A DNA stretch of 64,000 bases from Thermoplasmatales archaeon SW_10_69_26 (lineage in GTDB: Archaea; Thermoplasmatota; SW-10-69-26). The stretch spans positions 3,275 through 67,274 of the forward strand of contig PXUB01000025.1 of assembly GCA_003009755.1 (NCBI GenBank), given 5' to 3'. A model generated the notes under the pieces. It was not told the origin of the DNA and ran no database searches. It saw nothing but the letters and a program-made list of their open reading frames with translations. Within the stretch, counting starts at the first letter, position 1, and each line of letters begins with the position of its first letter. The position numbers and the translations under genes are program-made. Below, one piece after another: positions 9,291-18,806 of the stretch.

Positions 9291-9806
9291 TTACTGAGGA
9301 GCCGAGGACTTCTCGTCGCAGGTCACGGAGGTGTCCAAGATCGTGCTGTCCCGGACCGAAATCGTGACGAGGTGGGTGCCCTCCTCCTGGCAGGGTACCC
9401 ACAGGTTCTGGCCGACCTTCCAGTCGCTGGACGACGACTTGAAGTCGTTCGTACACTCGTCGCTACCACCCTGCTTGGCGTCGGTACAGAAGTGGGTGTC
9501 GATCGCCAGCGAGTTCCCGGACGGATCCGTGCCCGACGTGGTCACGTCGTCCGACCCGTAGGGTGCGTTCTCGCCGCTCGTCAGCGTCACTTTCACCCAC
9601 TCTACGTCACCGTTGTCGCCGAGGTCGACCCCGCTGGCGGTTGCGCTCGCTTGCTCGGGCCCCTCCTGCTCGCTGGCGAACCCACTCACCCAAACATACA
9701 CTGTCGCTGCGAGCACGACCGTGATCGCCACCATCAGGATCACCGCGATCACGGGGGAGACGCCCTCGTCAGCTTTCAGTGCGTTGATTCGTTCTCTGAG
9801 AGTCAT
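9291..9806 (-). CDS. Archaeal type IV pilin (paralog)
   Basis: KADEG|VSPVIAVILMVAITVVLAATVYVWV; four Cys in the head domain. Confidence 0.9.
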   Translation of the reverse strand: MTLRERINALKADEGVSPVIAVILMVAITVVLAATVYVWVSGFASEQEGPEQASATASGVDLGDNGDVEWVKVTLTSGENAPYGSDDVTTSGTDPSGNSLAIDTHFCTDAKQGGSDECTNDFKSSSSDWKVGQNLWVPCQEEGTHLVTISVRDSTILDTSVTCDEKSSAPQ

Positions 9807-10154
9807 GCTATGTCCTCCGGAACCGACCCGTTACCACACGGCCAAGTTCCACACCGCCATGCTCGTCGGCTACCCCACTTAAATGTTCAATAAAGGGGAG
9901 ACCACCCAGTCGACCATGGAGCAGGGACGGGCACTCGACCTACCCGTAGCGGAAGATCGGGAGAGGGAAGAGGACTGGGAGACCCCGGCCCCTCCACACG
10001 GCTCCAGATGGCGTCGATGCATTCGTCGAGTGTGCATTCGTTGGTCCTCCAGCGTCGACGCCGACGAGGGCGCCAGCGCCGATCGGTCCCCCGTCCGCCT
10101 CGTTCCCCCTCATAAAGGTTCGAGGAGGGGCCCGCCGGGCTGTCTCGTTAAGCA

Positions 10155-10270
10155 GGGGCCGCGAAGGACACGAAGGATCGCCAAGGCCACGAAGGGCCTG
10201 TGACTCGCCGCCGGGCGGCGTTGTCACGGCAGCTGTCGCGTCCTTGGTGGTCCCCCCGTTTCTTATCCTT
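10155..10270 (+). ncRNA. Candidate structured RNA (long stem closing a three-way junction)
   Basis: Nested helices found by eye, ending in T-rich TTTCTTATCCTT; strand uncertain. Confidence 0.35.
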
Positions 10271-10401
10271 ACAGCGCGGGGGCCCGCTGCCGCTTGCCCT
10301 GGGTGACGGGAGGAGGCTCTTCCGCCTGGGAGACCGGCACGTCCTCGGGGGTCACGTTGAAATACGAGGAGGGTTTTCCCCGGCCCCCCCACGGTGGCAG
10401 C

Positions 10402-10839
10402 ATGGCTCCCGACGACGACGCTCGCGCCCGCAAAGCAGCCCACGAGGACCCCGACTGGTCCCGCCTCACCGGTAAGGAGGTCGAGGAGCTCGTGGTCGAC
10501 CTGGCCGACGAAGGCAAGCAGTCCTCCGAGATCGGCACGATCCTCCGCGATCAGTACGCGGTGCCCGACGTGAAGGCCGCCACGGGGAAGAAGATCACCG
10601 CCATCATGGAGGAGAACGACGTCGATCCCCCGGTTCCGGAGGATCTGCGCAACCTCCTCGCTCGCGCGGTGAACCTGCGCGAGCACCTCAAGGAGAACCC
10701 CAACGACCTGCACAACCGACGCGGTCTGCAACAGATCGAGTCCAAGATCCGGAAGCTCGCCAAGTACTACAAGGAAGAGGGCGAGCTCGACCGGGAGTGG
10801 GCCTACAGCGAGCGGACCGCCAAGATGGTCGTCGAGTGA
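10402..10839 (+). CDS. rps15: 30S ribosomal protein uS15 (archaeal type)
   Basis: SEIGTILRDQYAVPDVK, PEDLRNLL, NRRGLQQIESKIRKLAKYYK. Confidence 0.95.
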   Translation: MAPDDDARARKAAHEDPDWSRLTGKEVEELVVDLADEGKQSSEIGTILRDQYAVPDVKAATGKKITAIMEENDVDPPVPEDLRNLLARAVNLREHLKENPNDLHNRRGLQQIESKIRKLAKYYKEEGELDREWAYSERTAKMVVE

Positions 10840-10861
10840 CCCGCGACGCTCGCGGGAGCCC

Positions 10862-12184
10862 ATGAGCCTCGAGGCTCGCTGCCGGGAAGCCGCCAAGCGC
10901 TTCGAGGACACCGATTTCCTTCGCATCGTCTCCGACGACGACGCCGACGGGATCGCAGCCGCCGGCATCCTGACCCGTGCGCTGGACCGGGCCGCGATCC
11001 CGTTCCACCTGACCCTGGACCGGTTGCACGTCGACGAGTACCGCGACCTGCAAAGCCACGACGCGGTGCTCTTGCTCGACCAGGGCTCCGGCGAGCTCGA
11101 CGAGCTGGCCAACCACCCCGGCACCGTGATCGTGCTCGACCACCACCAGATCGAGGGCCGAGCCCCGCACGCTCTCCACGTGAACGCTCACATGGAGGGC
11201 ATCGACGGGACCCACGACGCCTGCACGAGCGCGATCGCGCTCCTGACGGCGCTCGAGCTCTCGCCGGACAACGTCGACCTGGCGCCGATCGCGATGGCCG
11301 GCATCGTCGGCGACCGCCAACACGTCCCCGAGCTCGGCGAGATCAACAGCTCGATCGCGGACCGCGGCACCGACGAGGGTTCCCTGTCCATCGTCGAGGG
11401 CCTGGATCTGCCGCCGCGCGAGCCCTTGGCCGACGCGCTGGCGACGAGCACGGACCCCTACCTGCCGACGATCGGCGGGCGTGCCTCGCGAGCCGCCGGG
11501 TTCCTCGAGGAGCTGGGCTTCGAGGCCGACCACCGGCTGGTCGACCTCGACGAGGACGCTCGCGGACGGCTCACCTCCGCCATCGTGGCTCACCTGGTGA
11601 AGCACGGGGCCGAGCCGGACGCGGTCGAGCAAACCGCCGGCCAGCGCTACGAGGGCCAGGTCTGCGGTCGCCGGATGAGCGCCGGCCGGTTGGCGGCGAT
11701 CTTCAACGCCTGCGAGCGCGAGGACGAACCCTCGCTGGGTGTCGCGATCGCCCACGGCGACCGCGAGGCGCTGCGCGCCGGCGAACGCCACGTCGAACGC
11801 TACCGGGACAGCCTGCTCGAGGGCCTCGTCCAGCTCGAGAACGACCCGCCGGAGGCGCGCGCCGCGATCCAGGCCTTCGACGCGATCGATCCCGAGCTCG
11901 TGGGCGCCCACTGCGGGTTGGGGATGACCTACCTGTTCGACAAGGCCCGCCCGACGTTCGGGCTCAAGTCCAGCAACGGGAACCTGAAGATCAGCGGGCG
12001 CGCCACGCCCCAGCTCGTGGACGCCGGCGTCGATCTGGCCGAGGCGCTGGCCCAGGCCGCCGACGAGCACGACGGCAACGGCGGCGGGCATCCGATCGCG
12101 GCCGGCGCGATGATCCCCGCCGACCAGCGCGAGCCGTTCCTGGCTCGCCTCGACGAGCTCGTGGAGGCCCAGCTGCGTGGCTGA
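10862..12184 (+). CDS. RecJ-like DHH/DHHA1 phosphoesterase
   Basis: Motifs DADG, LDQGSG, LDHH, GIVGD and GGGHPIAAG; conserved position after rps15. Confidence 0.9.
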   Translation: MSLEARCREAAKRFEDTDFLRIVSDDDADGIAAAGILTRALDRAAIPFHLTLDRLHVDEYRDLQSHDAVLLLDQGSGELDELANHPGTVIVLDHHQIEGRAPHALHVNAHMEGIDGTHDACTSAIALLTALELSPDNVDLAPIAMAGIVGDRQHVPELGEINSSIADRGTDEGSLSIVEGLDLPPREPLADALATSTDPYLPTIGGRASRAAGFLEELGFEADHRLVDLDEDARGRLTSAIVAHLVKHGAEPDAVEQTAGQRYEGQVCGRRMSAGRLAAIFNACEREDEPSLGVAIAHGDREALRAGERHVERYRDSLLEGLVQLENDPPEARAAIQAFDAIDPELVGAHCGLGMTYLFDKARPTFGLKSSNGNLKISGRATPQLVDAGVDLAEALAQAADEHDGNGGGHPIAAGAMIPADQREPFLARLDELVEAQLRG

Positions 12185-12407
12185 GCGCCGCTTCGCCCTC
12201 GACTGGTCGCTGGAGATCGAGCACGAGCACGCCGAGCAGCTGGCCGAGGCCCTGGCGCCGGAGACCGACGACCACGCCCGGCTCCGTGCCGAGGGCGATC
12301 GCCTCGTCCTCGAGGGCGAGGGCTCGGCCGGCGAGAGCCTGCACACGCTCGACGACGCGCTCGCCTGCCTGACCGGCGCCGTCGAGGTGCTCGACGAGAC
12401 GGAGTGA
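12177..12407 (+). CDS. pcc1: KEOPS complex subunit Pcc1-like
   Basis: 76 aa, AEALAPE...SLHTLDDALACL; conserved rps15-DHH-pcc1 order. Confidence 0.75.
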   Translation: MAERRFALDWSLEIEHEHAEQLAEALAPETDDHARLRAEGDRLVLEGEGSAGESLHTLDDALACLTGAVEVLDETE

Positions 12408-12549
12408 CCGCCGCTCCCGCAGAGGACGGGCGCTGCTCGTCCCCGCCGGCCTCGTCCAGGTTTCCGCCGGGCAGGGTGGCGGCCAAGCCGGACGCGGTTT
12501 TCTGTCCCCCTCCGCCCACGGCCGCGCTCACGAGTGGGGCAACTCCCAG

Positions 12550-13617
12550 TCAGGCAAAACGTCGACGCAGGAGTGTCGCTAGCGAGGGAGCCGGGACTGA
12601 GATCTCGCTGGTGGCTTCGTCGGGGAGCAGCGCCATCACGATGATGCCGCAGCCCAGGTGCCGAGCCCGATCCGTCCGTAGGCGTCGAAGATCGTGGAGT
12701 CGACCGGCAGGTCTCCGAGCCTGTCGATCTCTCGTTGAACGCCCGACTGGAAGGTTCGCCAAAGCCAGGCGAGTAGGAGCAAAGCCGCGCCGATGAGTTT
12801 CAGCGATCGTTGGCGCTGGGCGGCGGTGTCGAAGATGCCGCCCAAGGGGATCAACCCGACCGCGGCGAACCCGCCGATCAGGTGCACGAAGAATGCCCAC
12901 GTGGCGACGAGCAACATGAGCGCGGCCGACGAGAACCGCTCTCGACCCTCCTCGGCCAAGGTGCTCGTGGCCGGCATCTAGGCCAGCGAGAACCCGATCG
13001 GTACGAAGAACGCCCGGCCCCAGAAACGGGCTGTGCTCGGTATCAGGCCGACGAACGCGGCCGCGGGAATCGCTGCCGGGTCCGGTCTCAACAAGGCGTA
13101 GACGCCGAACGAGATGAACGCCATCCACGCGGCGGGCAGGTACTCGAACATCGGCTGCCAGCCAACCCCCGTGAGCTCTTGTACTTCGGCGAAGAGCAGG
13201 TGGTAGCCGTGTTCGTGCACGGCGCCGCGCAAGGGGAAAGCCCTCCTGGTCCCTCGTGTCTCCCGTCACCCAGTTGACGAACACGGTGTCTGTACGCTGG
13301 ATGCCGGAGATGTATCCTCAGTGTACGTTTGCGTCGACGTGCATCATGTACTCGTCCCCGTCGCGCTCGCCGGTGACGAAGTAGTCGAACATCGCGCGGC
13401 CGAGGGTGACGAGCGCGGGGACCTCCTCGGGGATCCCGTTCTGATCGTTGAAGGTGTCCAGGTGGAGGACGAACCCGCTGGAGAACACGAACAGCAAGGC
13501 CAGGCCGAGGCCGAGCCCGGTGGCCAGTTTCTTGCAGGCGGCGCCGGACAGGCGCGAGGCATCCGGCTCGGGTAGGTTAGCCCTTCGGTTGGCTTCCTCG
13601 TCGCTGGCTTCCCATCA
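12550..13617 (-). pseudogene. Disrupted multi-pass membrane protein (glycosyltransferase-like)
   Basis: Collinear hydrophobic fragments broken by in-frame stops (HVDANVH*GY at 13318-13320, GFSLA*MP at 12978-12980) and frameshifts. Confidence 0.65.
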
Positions 13618-13829
13618 TACGCTTCCCGGTCGACGGAGCGAGCCCCACCATAGAGCGATGCAACGGGGTCGATCGGATTTCGCGAGTCCACCATCAGCGA
13701 GTTTTTCCTTGCTTTCTTTGAGATCCAACGGGCGAACAGAGGGTGTGCGCGGCGCCTTGGCGCTGGCCGTTTGGTTTCAGGGACCTGCTCTCCGGTTTCT
13801 GTATGCTTGGTCGCGTACATCCGGACGGG

Positions 13830-14012
13830 ATGGTTGGCGCCAGAGAGGAATTAGCGGCCATCGTTCAGGATCTCGGCGAAGCCGACGCGGAGTTGGTCCT
13901 GAGCTCCGTTCACCTGCTCCGGACTGAGAACGGAAAAGCGGCTCGAGCTCTCCGTTCAGCACTCCTCGAGAGCCGTCGAGGAGGCCGCGACGGTGAACGC
14001 CCAGCACGTTGA
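13830..14012 (+). CDS. Small hypothetical protein (possible antitoxin remnant)
   Basis: MVGAREELAAIVQDLGEADAELVL..., helical 60 aa. Confidence 0.35.
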   Translation: MVGAREELAAIVQDLGEADAELVLSSVHLLRTENGKAARALRSALLESRRGGRDGERPAR

Positions 14013-14110
14013 CGGTCTCGCGTTCGAGGTGTAGCCCGACCGCGAGGAGGTGCGGGCGCCGGGAGGGGACACGGCCGTCCGGCCGGGCGATTGACCATTG
14101 TCAGACCGCC

Positions 14111-14611
14111 TCAGTCCTCGGCGGCTTCCTTGAGCCTCTCGTAGAGCTTCGGTGACAGGTAATAGCCGAGTTCGAGGAGTCGGTCCAGTCGGCGCTCGAA
14201 GCCCCCGCTCGTGAGATCGCCGCGGCGGGCAGACCTCAGCAACAGGAAGGGCGTGCTGACGGGCGAGAGGTCCAACGTCTTCGCCGCTTGGATGGCGGTC
14301 TTGTCGTCGAGGATCACCTCGTCGATCTCCCGTTCGAGGGCCAAGGCGAGCACGGAGGATTCCCCCTCGTGGATGTTGGCGAGGTTGTGGGGGAGCCGGT
14401 CGGGGTCGGCCTGGATGGGTTGGATCCGGCCTTGGTCGACGACCGTATTGATGAGGTCGATCTCGGCGTGCTGCTCGGGGTTGCGAGCCCGGATCTTGTC
14501 CAGAACGATCAGAGTGGTTGCGACAGGTTCGGGCAACAGATCGAGCTCGCCCAGCTTTCCCAGGAAGATGAGCGGAGAGGCGTTGACGACACTCTCGACG
14601 TCGGATCTCAC
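14111..14611 (-). CDS. DUF3368-family PIN-like protein
   Basis: VVNASPLIFLGKLGEL, IHEGESSVLALA, ILDD and GYYLSPKLY. Confidence 0.85.
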   Translation of the reverse strand: MRSDVESVVNASPLIFLGKLGELDLLPEPVATTLIVLDKIRARNPEQHAEIDLINTVVDQGRIQPIQADPDRLPHNLANIHEGESSVLALALEREIDEVILDDKTAIQAAKTLDLSPVSTPFLLLRSARRGDLTSGGFERRLDRLLELGYYLSPKLYERLKEAAED

Positions 14612-14904
14612 TCGAGTCCCTCGATCTGATCCTCGAGGAGCCCTTCGTCGGTTCGAAGCCCGCGCCCGCGCGCCTGTAACTCCTGGAGGAAGGTGACGAG
14701 GTCGATCCCGGCCGAGGAGGCAGCCTGCCAGGCCGTGGTCCCTCCTCGCTGGTATCGTTCCACGGCCTGGTCGAGCGACAGGTCCTCGATGCCGCGTTCG
14801 AGAGCGCGCCGGATGACGGTGGACCGGTCCACGTGCTCGTCATCGGCCATTTCGTCGAGGGCTTCGAGGAGGCCTTCTGGCAACCGAACGGTGGTCGTCG
14901 GCAT
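14608..14904 (-). CDS. RHH + UPF0175 antitoxin-like protein
   Basis: MPTTTVRLP...DRSTVIRRAL...AVERYQRGGTTAWQAA; overlaps the DUF3368 gene. Confidence 0.85.
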   Translation of the reverse strand: MPTTTVRLPEGLLEALDEMADDEHVDRSTVIRRALERGIEDLSLDQAVERYQRGGTTAWQAASSAGIDLVTFLQELQARGRGLRTDEGLLEDQIEGLE

Positions 14905-15125
14905 CGAATACGATATGTTCTACGTGAATGCATAAGGGTTGTGGCTGGCTCGATGCTTCGCAGTCGGGACCTGTGCTCGTTCTTAACGTCGAGTGGAGCA
15001 ACCGGCCTGTGCCATTCCAGATCGAGGACGACGGCCTGCGGACCTCCCTTGGACCCGGCTAGAGGGCCGCTGACAATGTCTTTCGGGTTTCAACGGTTCT
15101 TAGGCCTCGAGGGGACGACAGCAGG

Positions 15126-15465
15126 TCAGCGGAGCCTCCCGGCGCAACCTCGTGCAACTCCGACCCCGTCCAACTCGTCCTCGGCGGACTCATCCTCTGC
15201 GCCTCCGGCCTCACGTGGACGTGGGCGTTGGTCGAGGCACGGGTTGTACAGGGTCCGACACGGGCACAACGTCCAGCCTAACTCCTCGTGCTGGTCCTGC
15301 GAGAGGTACAGTCGGAGGTCCAGCGTGCGCGTGGGCATCAGGCGCCGAACCAATAGCTTCAACACCCACAAACCGTCGGGATTTTCCTGTCAAAGAGGGC
15401 GTCGAACCCACTCTCTTCCTCCGACCGGGCGGGCATACCCCCGGCCTAGAGGCCAGGGCCCTGCC
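15126..15465 (-). mobile_element. Internally deleted IS200/IS605 (tnpB) remnant
   Basis: MPTRTLDLRLYLSQDQHEELGWTLCPCRTLYN (ATG 15338) resembles the TnpB N-terminal HTH. Subterminal hairpin CCCTGGCCTCTAGGCCGGGG lies at about 15439-15460. Confidence 0.65.
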
Positions 15466-15572
15466 CGCCCACAAAAGGTAGGAAAGATACGAGGAGGAGA
15501 GGGGAGGAGGGGGCAGACTCCTCCCCGCCTCCTTGCGGAGGCCGGCGGTTGGTTTCGCCGGCTTGAGCTCGG

Positions 15573-18500
15573 CTAGTTCTCCTGCTCTTGCATGTAGAAC
15601 CAGCCGGCGGCGCCGATGACGGCGAGCACGATCACGATCCACACCCATCCGGGGATGCCGCCGGGCTCGGTTTCGTCGGGCTCCTGGGCCTGCGAGGTTT
15701 CGTAGGACCAGTCTCGGGGCGCGCTGTTCCCGGCGCTGTCCTCGATCACCAAGCGCACGTCCATCGTCTCCTCGCTCTGCAGGTCCGAGGGGATCGATGC
15801 CGTCACGGTTCCGTCCTCGATCGACGCGGAGACGTCCTGACCGTTGATGGTCAGCGTCGTGTCCGTGATCGGGCAGCTGCCCTCCTCGATCGAGACCTCG
15901 ATCGGCGTCGTCGGGTCGACGCCCGTTGCCCCGTCCAAGGGTTTCACCTGCAAGATCTGGGGTCCGTCGGGACAGGCCTCGGGTGAGACCGTGAACGTCC
16001 AGGTCTCTGTCGTGCTCTGCTTGGCGAAGTCCTGAACCGTGGCCTCGACGGTGTGCTCGCCCTCGGAGAGGTCGGTGGTGTGGATGTACTCGAACCCGTT
16101 CTCGTCGACCTGCAGATCGCCGGTCGTGCTATCGCGCTGCTCTCCGTCGATCGTGAGCTCAAGCGTGTCGGGGTCCACGCCCTGGTTGTCCGACCAGTTG
16201 GCGCTGATCGTCGGCTTGACTTTCTCGATCGTCCCGGTGGGCTCCGTCGAGCTGATCGTCGGAGGCTCCACGTCGAGCGCGACGGCGAACACGGAGAAGC
16301 TTCCCGTCTGTGCGCTACAGCTTCCGCCACTGCACTGCGTGGGCGTGGGTTGCCACTGGCCGGTGTCGTGCAGGAGCATCACCTGATCTTCGTTCGTGTT
16401 GGGCGGCTGATCGAACTCGATCGTCGCGTCGTCGACGTTCCCCTCGACGACGTTGCCGTCCGCGTCGACCATGTCGACCTGCATGTAGGAGAGCACGTCG
16501 GCTCCGCTGGGATCCGGCGGGGTGCCGGGCGGGGGCGACGAACTCGTCGTGATCTGTAGGCTGCAGCCCGTACAGACGTTGGCGAGGTTCACGGACACCG
16601 AGTTCACGCCCGGCGGGAGCCCTTGCGTGACCGTCACCTGGGCGCCCTGCTGCCCGTTGAACGGCTGGTTGTTGCCCACCTGGACCTGTTGACCGGTCGG
16701 CGGCGCTGCACCGCCGCCTCCGCCACCGCCGCCACCTGCTTGGGTGACGGTGAACTGGATCCACGGCGTCGAGAACGCGGCGGATTGCTGTTTGAACGTG
16801 AGGATCGTCTCGAAGACCGAGTCGAATGCAGCTGTTAGGTTGTCCTCCTCGGCGATCAGGAAGTGGTCGTCCTGGATCTTGTCGTTTTGCCAGGCGGCTC
16901 GGACCTCGCTACCGAAGGAGCCGGCCGAAACATCGCCCAGGCGCCGATCGGCCGAGTTCGCGGTGAGGCTCTGGTCGGCGTCGGCGTAAACCGTGTCGCT
17001 CGAGGAGTACGTCGCGTTCCCGTCTTCATCCAAGAAGTCCCATTGGTCGACCGCGAGGCCGGACGGCGGGGACGTGCTGAGCGTGTTGCCGACGGCACTG
17101 TCGCCGGACTGGACCGAGGTGCCCGCGTTCGAGCCGCTCAGATAGATGTCGCCCGCCGCGACGGAACCGGTTCCGCCGATGTCGACGAACACGTTATCGC
17201 CGACCGAGTACCCGTACTCGCTGTCTTCATCGTGGTAGTCGACGAGCGTTCCGCTCGGCATTGCCGTGTACGGGTCGCCGAGGTCGCTGTCGCCTGTTTC
17301 GACTTGCGTGCCGGGATCCTCTCCACCTGCGGCAGTGAGGCGGAGGTCCGCCGTCGTGACGGCGCCGGAGTTGCACCCGCCAGCCGTCGCTGCGTACAAC
17401 GGCTCACCGGAGTCGACTGCGGCGTCGTTATCGTTGTCGACGAAACAGAGTGCGAAGCCGGGCGGGGAGCCGGCGAGCGCGGACCCGCGGTCGGCGTCGT
17501 GGTCGCGCTTGGGCTCGCTGGCCAGGTCCCACATCAGCTCGCTGTCGGCCCCGCTGCTAAACGCGACGGAGAAGACGTCGATGTCGTTGTCCTTGGCGGC
17601 TTGCGCCTCCTTGCGGGGCTCGGATCCCTCGTTCTCTCCGCCGTCGGCCATGACGACCATGAAATCCTTGGCGTCGTCGCGGCCACTGTTGTTGAAGTCC
17701 TCGTGCGAGAGGCTGATCCCGGCACCGATCGCGGTGGAGCCGCCGGCCGAAATGTTGTCGATGGCCGTTTTCGTTTTACTGTGGTCCCCGGTCAGCGACT
17801 GCCGGAGCATCTCGTCACCGTCCGATTCGAAGGAGACGAGGCCCGACTGGTCGGCGGATCCGAGCTTGTCGACGAGGTCCTTGCCGGCCGTCCGGGCCTC
17901 GTCGATCGGGTCGCCGCTCATGCTGCCGGATTCGTCGAGCACCAGCCCGACATCCGTCTCGCCTCCACCGCTGGTTTGAGCTTGACCCACGATCTCTGAG
18001 CTGGTCTCGGCCAACGCGGTCAGGTAGTAATTTTCGCCCACGTCGAGCCGCGAGGCGGCGACATCGATCTCGTAGATCAAGTGGAGTGTGCCGTTCGTGT
18101 ACCCGTAGCCGTAGCCGTAACCGAAATCGACCTGGCTGCGGTCGCCGGTCTCATACCCGTATCCGTAACCGTAACCCTGCTTTTCGGAGACGGGAGAGCT
18201 TGTGTCGTACCCGTACCCGGTCTGGGTAGCCTTGCGCTCACCCTTCGTGAAGTATCCGGAGCTCAGCTCGTACCCGGCGGGCGCCTGATATCCGCTGGAG
18301 GTCTCCTGGAGGCCCTTAGTGAACGCGCCCACGTTTTCGATGCGTGTGATGACGTCGGCTTTGCTCTGGTTATTGACGAGCGACAGCTCGGCACCTGAAC
18401 ACCCGGACTTGACCTCCATCTCGCAACGGACCCCGGACACGAAGTCGGGATTGACCTTGTCCGTTCGGTTCGGATTTTGCTTCTCGAGGACAGCCTCGAT

Positions 18501-18728
18501 CGAGTTGATCGGGATCCGCTCGCCCTCCTCGATCTCGAACTCCACGAAGTAGGTCTCCACCCCTGAAGCCTCGGAGGGTCCGGAAATCTCCCCCTCGATT
18601 CCCTGTGCTCCCTGGAAGAGCCCCACGAGCAGGCTCCCCACGAGAGCGGTAGCGCCGATGAACGTGAGTACTTTGAGCGTCCGTTTGGAGTAAGCCAAGC
18701 TCAATCCCAACTCTGGGAATCGTTGCAC
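15573..18728 (-). CDS. Large surface protein: GYGY region, VWA domain with insertion, Gly linker, PGF-pre-PGF-like domain, Ig-like domains, C-terminal TM
   Basis: Signal peptide; MIDAS motif VLDESGSM...T..ADG; GSFSVFAV; WVWIVIVLAVIGAAGWFY; start uncertain. Confidence 0.85.
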   Translation of the reverse strand: MQRFPELGLSLAYSKRTLKVLTFIGATALVGSLLVGLFQGAQGIEGEISGPSEASGVETYFVEFEIEEGERIPINSIEAVLEKQNPNRTDKVNPDFVSGVRCEMEVKSGCSGAELSLVNNQSKADVITRIENVGAFTKGLQETSSGYQAPAGYELSSGYFTKGERKATQTGYGYDTSSPVSEKQGYGYGYGYETGDRSQVDFGYGYGYGYTNGTLHLIYEIDVAASRLDVGENYYLTALAETSSEIVGQAQTSGGGETDVGLVLDESGSMSGDPIDEARTAGKDLVDKLGSADQSGLVSFESDGDEMLRQSLTGDHSKTKTAIDNISAGGSTAIGAGISLSHEDFNNSGRDDAKDFMVVMADGGENEGSEPRKEAQAAKDNDIDVFSVAFSSGADSELMWDLASEPKRDHDADRGSALAGSPPGFALCFVDNDNDAAVDSGEPLYAATAGGCNSGAVTTADLRLTAAGGEDPGTQVETGDSDLGDPYTAMPSGTLVDYHDEDSEYGYSVGDNVFVDIGGTGSVAAGDIYLSGSNAGTSVQSGDSAVGNTLSTSPPSGLAVDQWDFLDEDGNATYSSSDTVYADADQSLTANSADRRLGDVSAGSFGSEVRAAWQNDKIQDDHFLIAEEDNLTAAFDSVFETILTFKQQSAAFSTPWIQFTVTQAGGGGGGGGGAAPPTGQQVQVGNNQPFNGQQGAQVTVTQGLPPGVNSVSVNLANVCTGCSLQITTSSSPPPGTPPDPSGADVLSYMQVDMVDADGNVVEGNVDDATIEFDQPPNTNEDQVMLLHDTGQWQPTPTQCSGGSCSAQTGSFSVFAVALDVEPPTISSTEPTGTIEKVKPTISANWSDNQGVDPDTLELTIDGEQRDSTTGDLQVDENGFEYIHTTDLSEGEHTVEATVQDFAKQSTTETWTFTVSPEACPDGPQILQVKPLDGATGVDPTTPIEVSIEEGSCPITDTTLTINGQDVSASIEDGTVTASIPSDLQSEETMDVRLVIEDSAGNSAPRDWSYETSQAQEPDETEPGGIPGWVWIVIVLAVIGAAGWFYMQEQEN

Positions 18729-18806
18729 CCTATTTTTACCTTTTCAAGACCCCGCAAACCGGCCTCGGTCCAGATCGGCGTCAGCGAAGGGGGGAGTCAA
18801 CCCTAC

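Noticed and set aside
8694-9806. DGR or invertase-driven pilin variation
   Set aside because: No reverse transcriptase, recombinase or adenine-specific template/variable repeat pair is visible.
10155-10270. 5S rRNA or SRP RNA
   Set aside because: The size is similar to 5S, but the CCGAAC loop and SRP helix-8 motifs are missing.
16863-17505. Intein in the VWA domain
   Set aside because: No Cys/Ser start, His-Asn end or homing endonuclease motifs.
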